The notes beneath the pieces are model-generated. The model was not told where the DNA came from. It was given only the letters and a program-made list of their open reading frames with translations, and did no database searches. From Bacteroidales bacterium (GTDB lineage: Bacteria > Bacteroidota > Bacteroidia > Bacteroidales > VadinHA17), in NCBI GenBank assembly GCA_046706305.1, contig JBJKPQ010000039.1:12428-76427 (forward strand): a DNA stretch of 64,000 nt, given 5' to 3'. The translations under genes were made by a program, and so were the position numbers. This document shows, piece by piece, positions 63,352 to 64,000 of this stretch; the stretch's first letter is position 1, and each line of letters starts with the position of its first letter.

Positions 63352-64000
63352 ATGGTTCACAAAACAGATTATCATATTCATACCATGTTCAGCGATGGCC
63401 GGTCTCTTCCGGAAGACTATATAAGCAGGGCCCTTGCTTCAGACATCAAAGAATTAGGCTTTTCCGATCATCTTACACTCTTCCGCGACCAGGAGGACTG
63501 GAATATGGATCCGACACTTGTAATGACATACATCAATCATATTGAAAACCTCCGAAAGAAAAATCACAAAATCAGTATAAAAACCGGACTGGAGGTAGAC
63601 TATTTTAAAGGGAAGGAGGCTGAGACAAGGAAATTCCTCGACAATCTTCCTCTTGATTATATTATTGGATCGGTACATTTCCAGGGAGAGCAGACAGTTG
63701 ATATGGGACCTGAGTTTTACGAGGGGAAAGACATGGATCTAGTTTACAGGAATTATTTCGACACTGTAATTTCAGCTGTTTCATCCGGGCTTTTTGATAT
63801 TATAGGGCACTGCGACCTTATAAGAATATACGGGTATAAACCTATATCCGACCCTGAACCTCTTTACAGGGAGCTGGCCCGTGCAATGAAGCATCATGAT
63901 GTGGTATTTGAAATAAACACAAATGGGAGAAACAGGCCTATAGCCGATTTCTATCCCGACAGGAAATTTCTTCATATTTTCATGGAAGAAAAAGTTCCGG
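63352..64000 (+). CDS. PHP-family histidinol-phosphatase (HisJ/HisK-like), 5' part; C-terminus beyond window end
   Basis: Absent from the ORF track because it runs off the window. ATG 63352 opens a frame that stays open to 64000. Translation MVHKTDYHIHTMFSDGRSLPEDYISRA...GFSDHL...GLEVDY...IGSVHF...IGHCDLIRIYG carries the PHP metal-binding motifs. Confidence 0.85.
   Translation, partial: MVHKTDYHIHTMFSDGRSLPEDYISRALASDIKELGFSDHLTLFRDQEDWNMDPTLVMTYINHIENLRKKNHKISIKTGLEVDYFKGKEAETRKFLDNLPLDYIIGSVHFQGEQTVDMGPEFYEGKDMDLVYRNYFDTVISAVSSGLFDIIGHCDLIRIYGYKPISDPEPLYRELARAMKHHDVVFEINTNGRNRPIADFYPDRKFLHIFMEEKVP

Overview
This is a 64-kb chromosomal segment of a Bacteroidota-type genome, roughly 40% GC by eye. 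Supporting signs are few Shine-Dalgarno sites, recurrent TAnnTTTG -7 boxes just upstream of starts, a CarboxypepD_reg-type TonB receptor, a DUF2723 gene and a bactofilin-led F-ATPase operon. I support about 57 protein-coding genes. Two of them run off the window ends and are absent from the ORF track: 1..1802 (-) and 63352..64000 (+). Most content is housekeeping: all eight F1Fo ATP synthase genes, yceD-rpmF-plsX-fabH, ettA, rsgA, two PPi-type phosphofructokinases, selU, a U32 peptidase, pepE and yidD. The rest is envelope and signalling genes. I recognised no rRNA, tRNA, CRISPR array, transposase, integrase or phage gene. The best leads are listed here.
1. A seven-gene minus-strand operon at 35190..42122 encodes a TetR regulator, a LolA-like protein, two FtsX permeases, an ABC ATPase, a beta-barrel protein and an ICMT-like methyltransferase. 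Its TetR carries a perfect EF-hand loop and sits behind a promoter-overlapping palindrome. Next to it is a signal-less repeat protein whose GH16-like domain has lost both catalytic Glu. The whole 8.8-kb block is bracketed by two related GC-rich hairpin/repeat islands, one of which is framed by octamer tandem arrays.
2. A DUF2723/TMEM260-like gene is split by a single in-frame TAA.
3. A hybrid sensor kinase has its H-box His replaced by Tyr and a degenerate ATP lid.
4. A perfect 15-bp inverted repeat fills the spacer between the two tandem PPi-PFK paralogs.
5. The ATP synthase locus has unusual synteny: a bactofilin at the front, a polyprenyl synthase inside, and an aromatic amino acid decarboxylase 6 nt behind atpC.
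All family assignments come from motif recognition by eye. No database search or folding computation was run.
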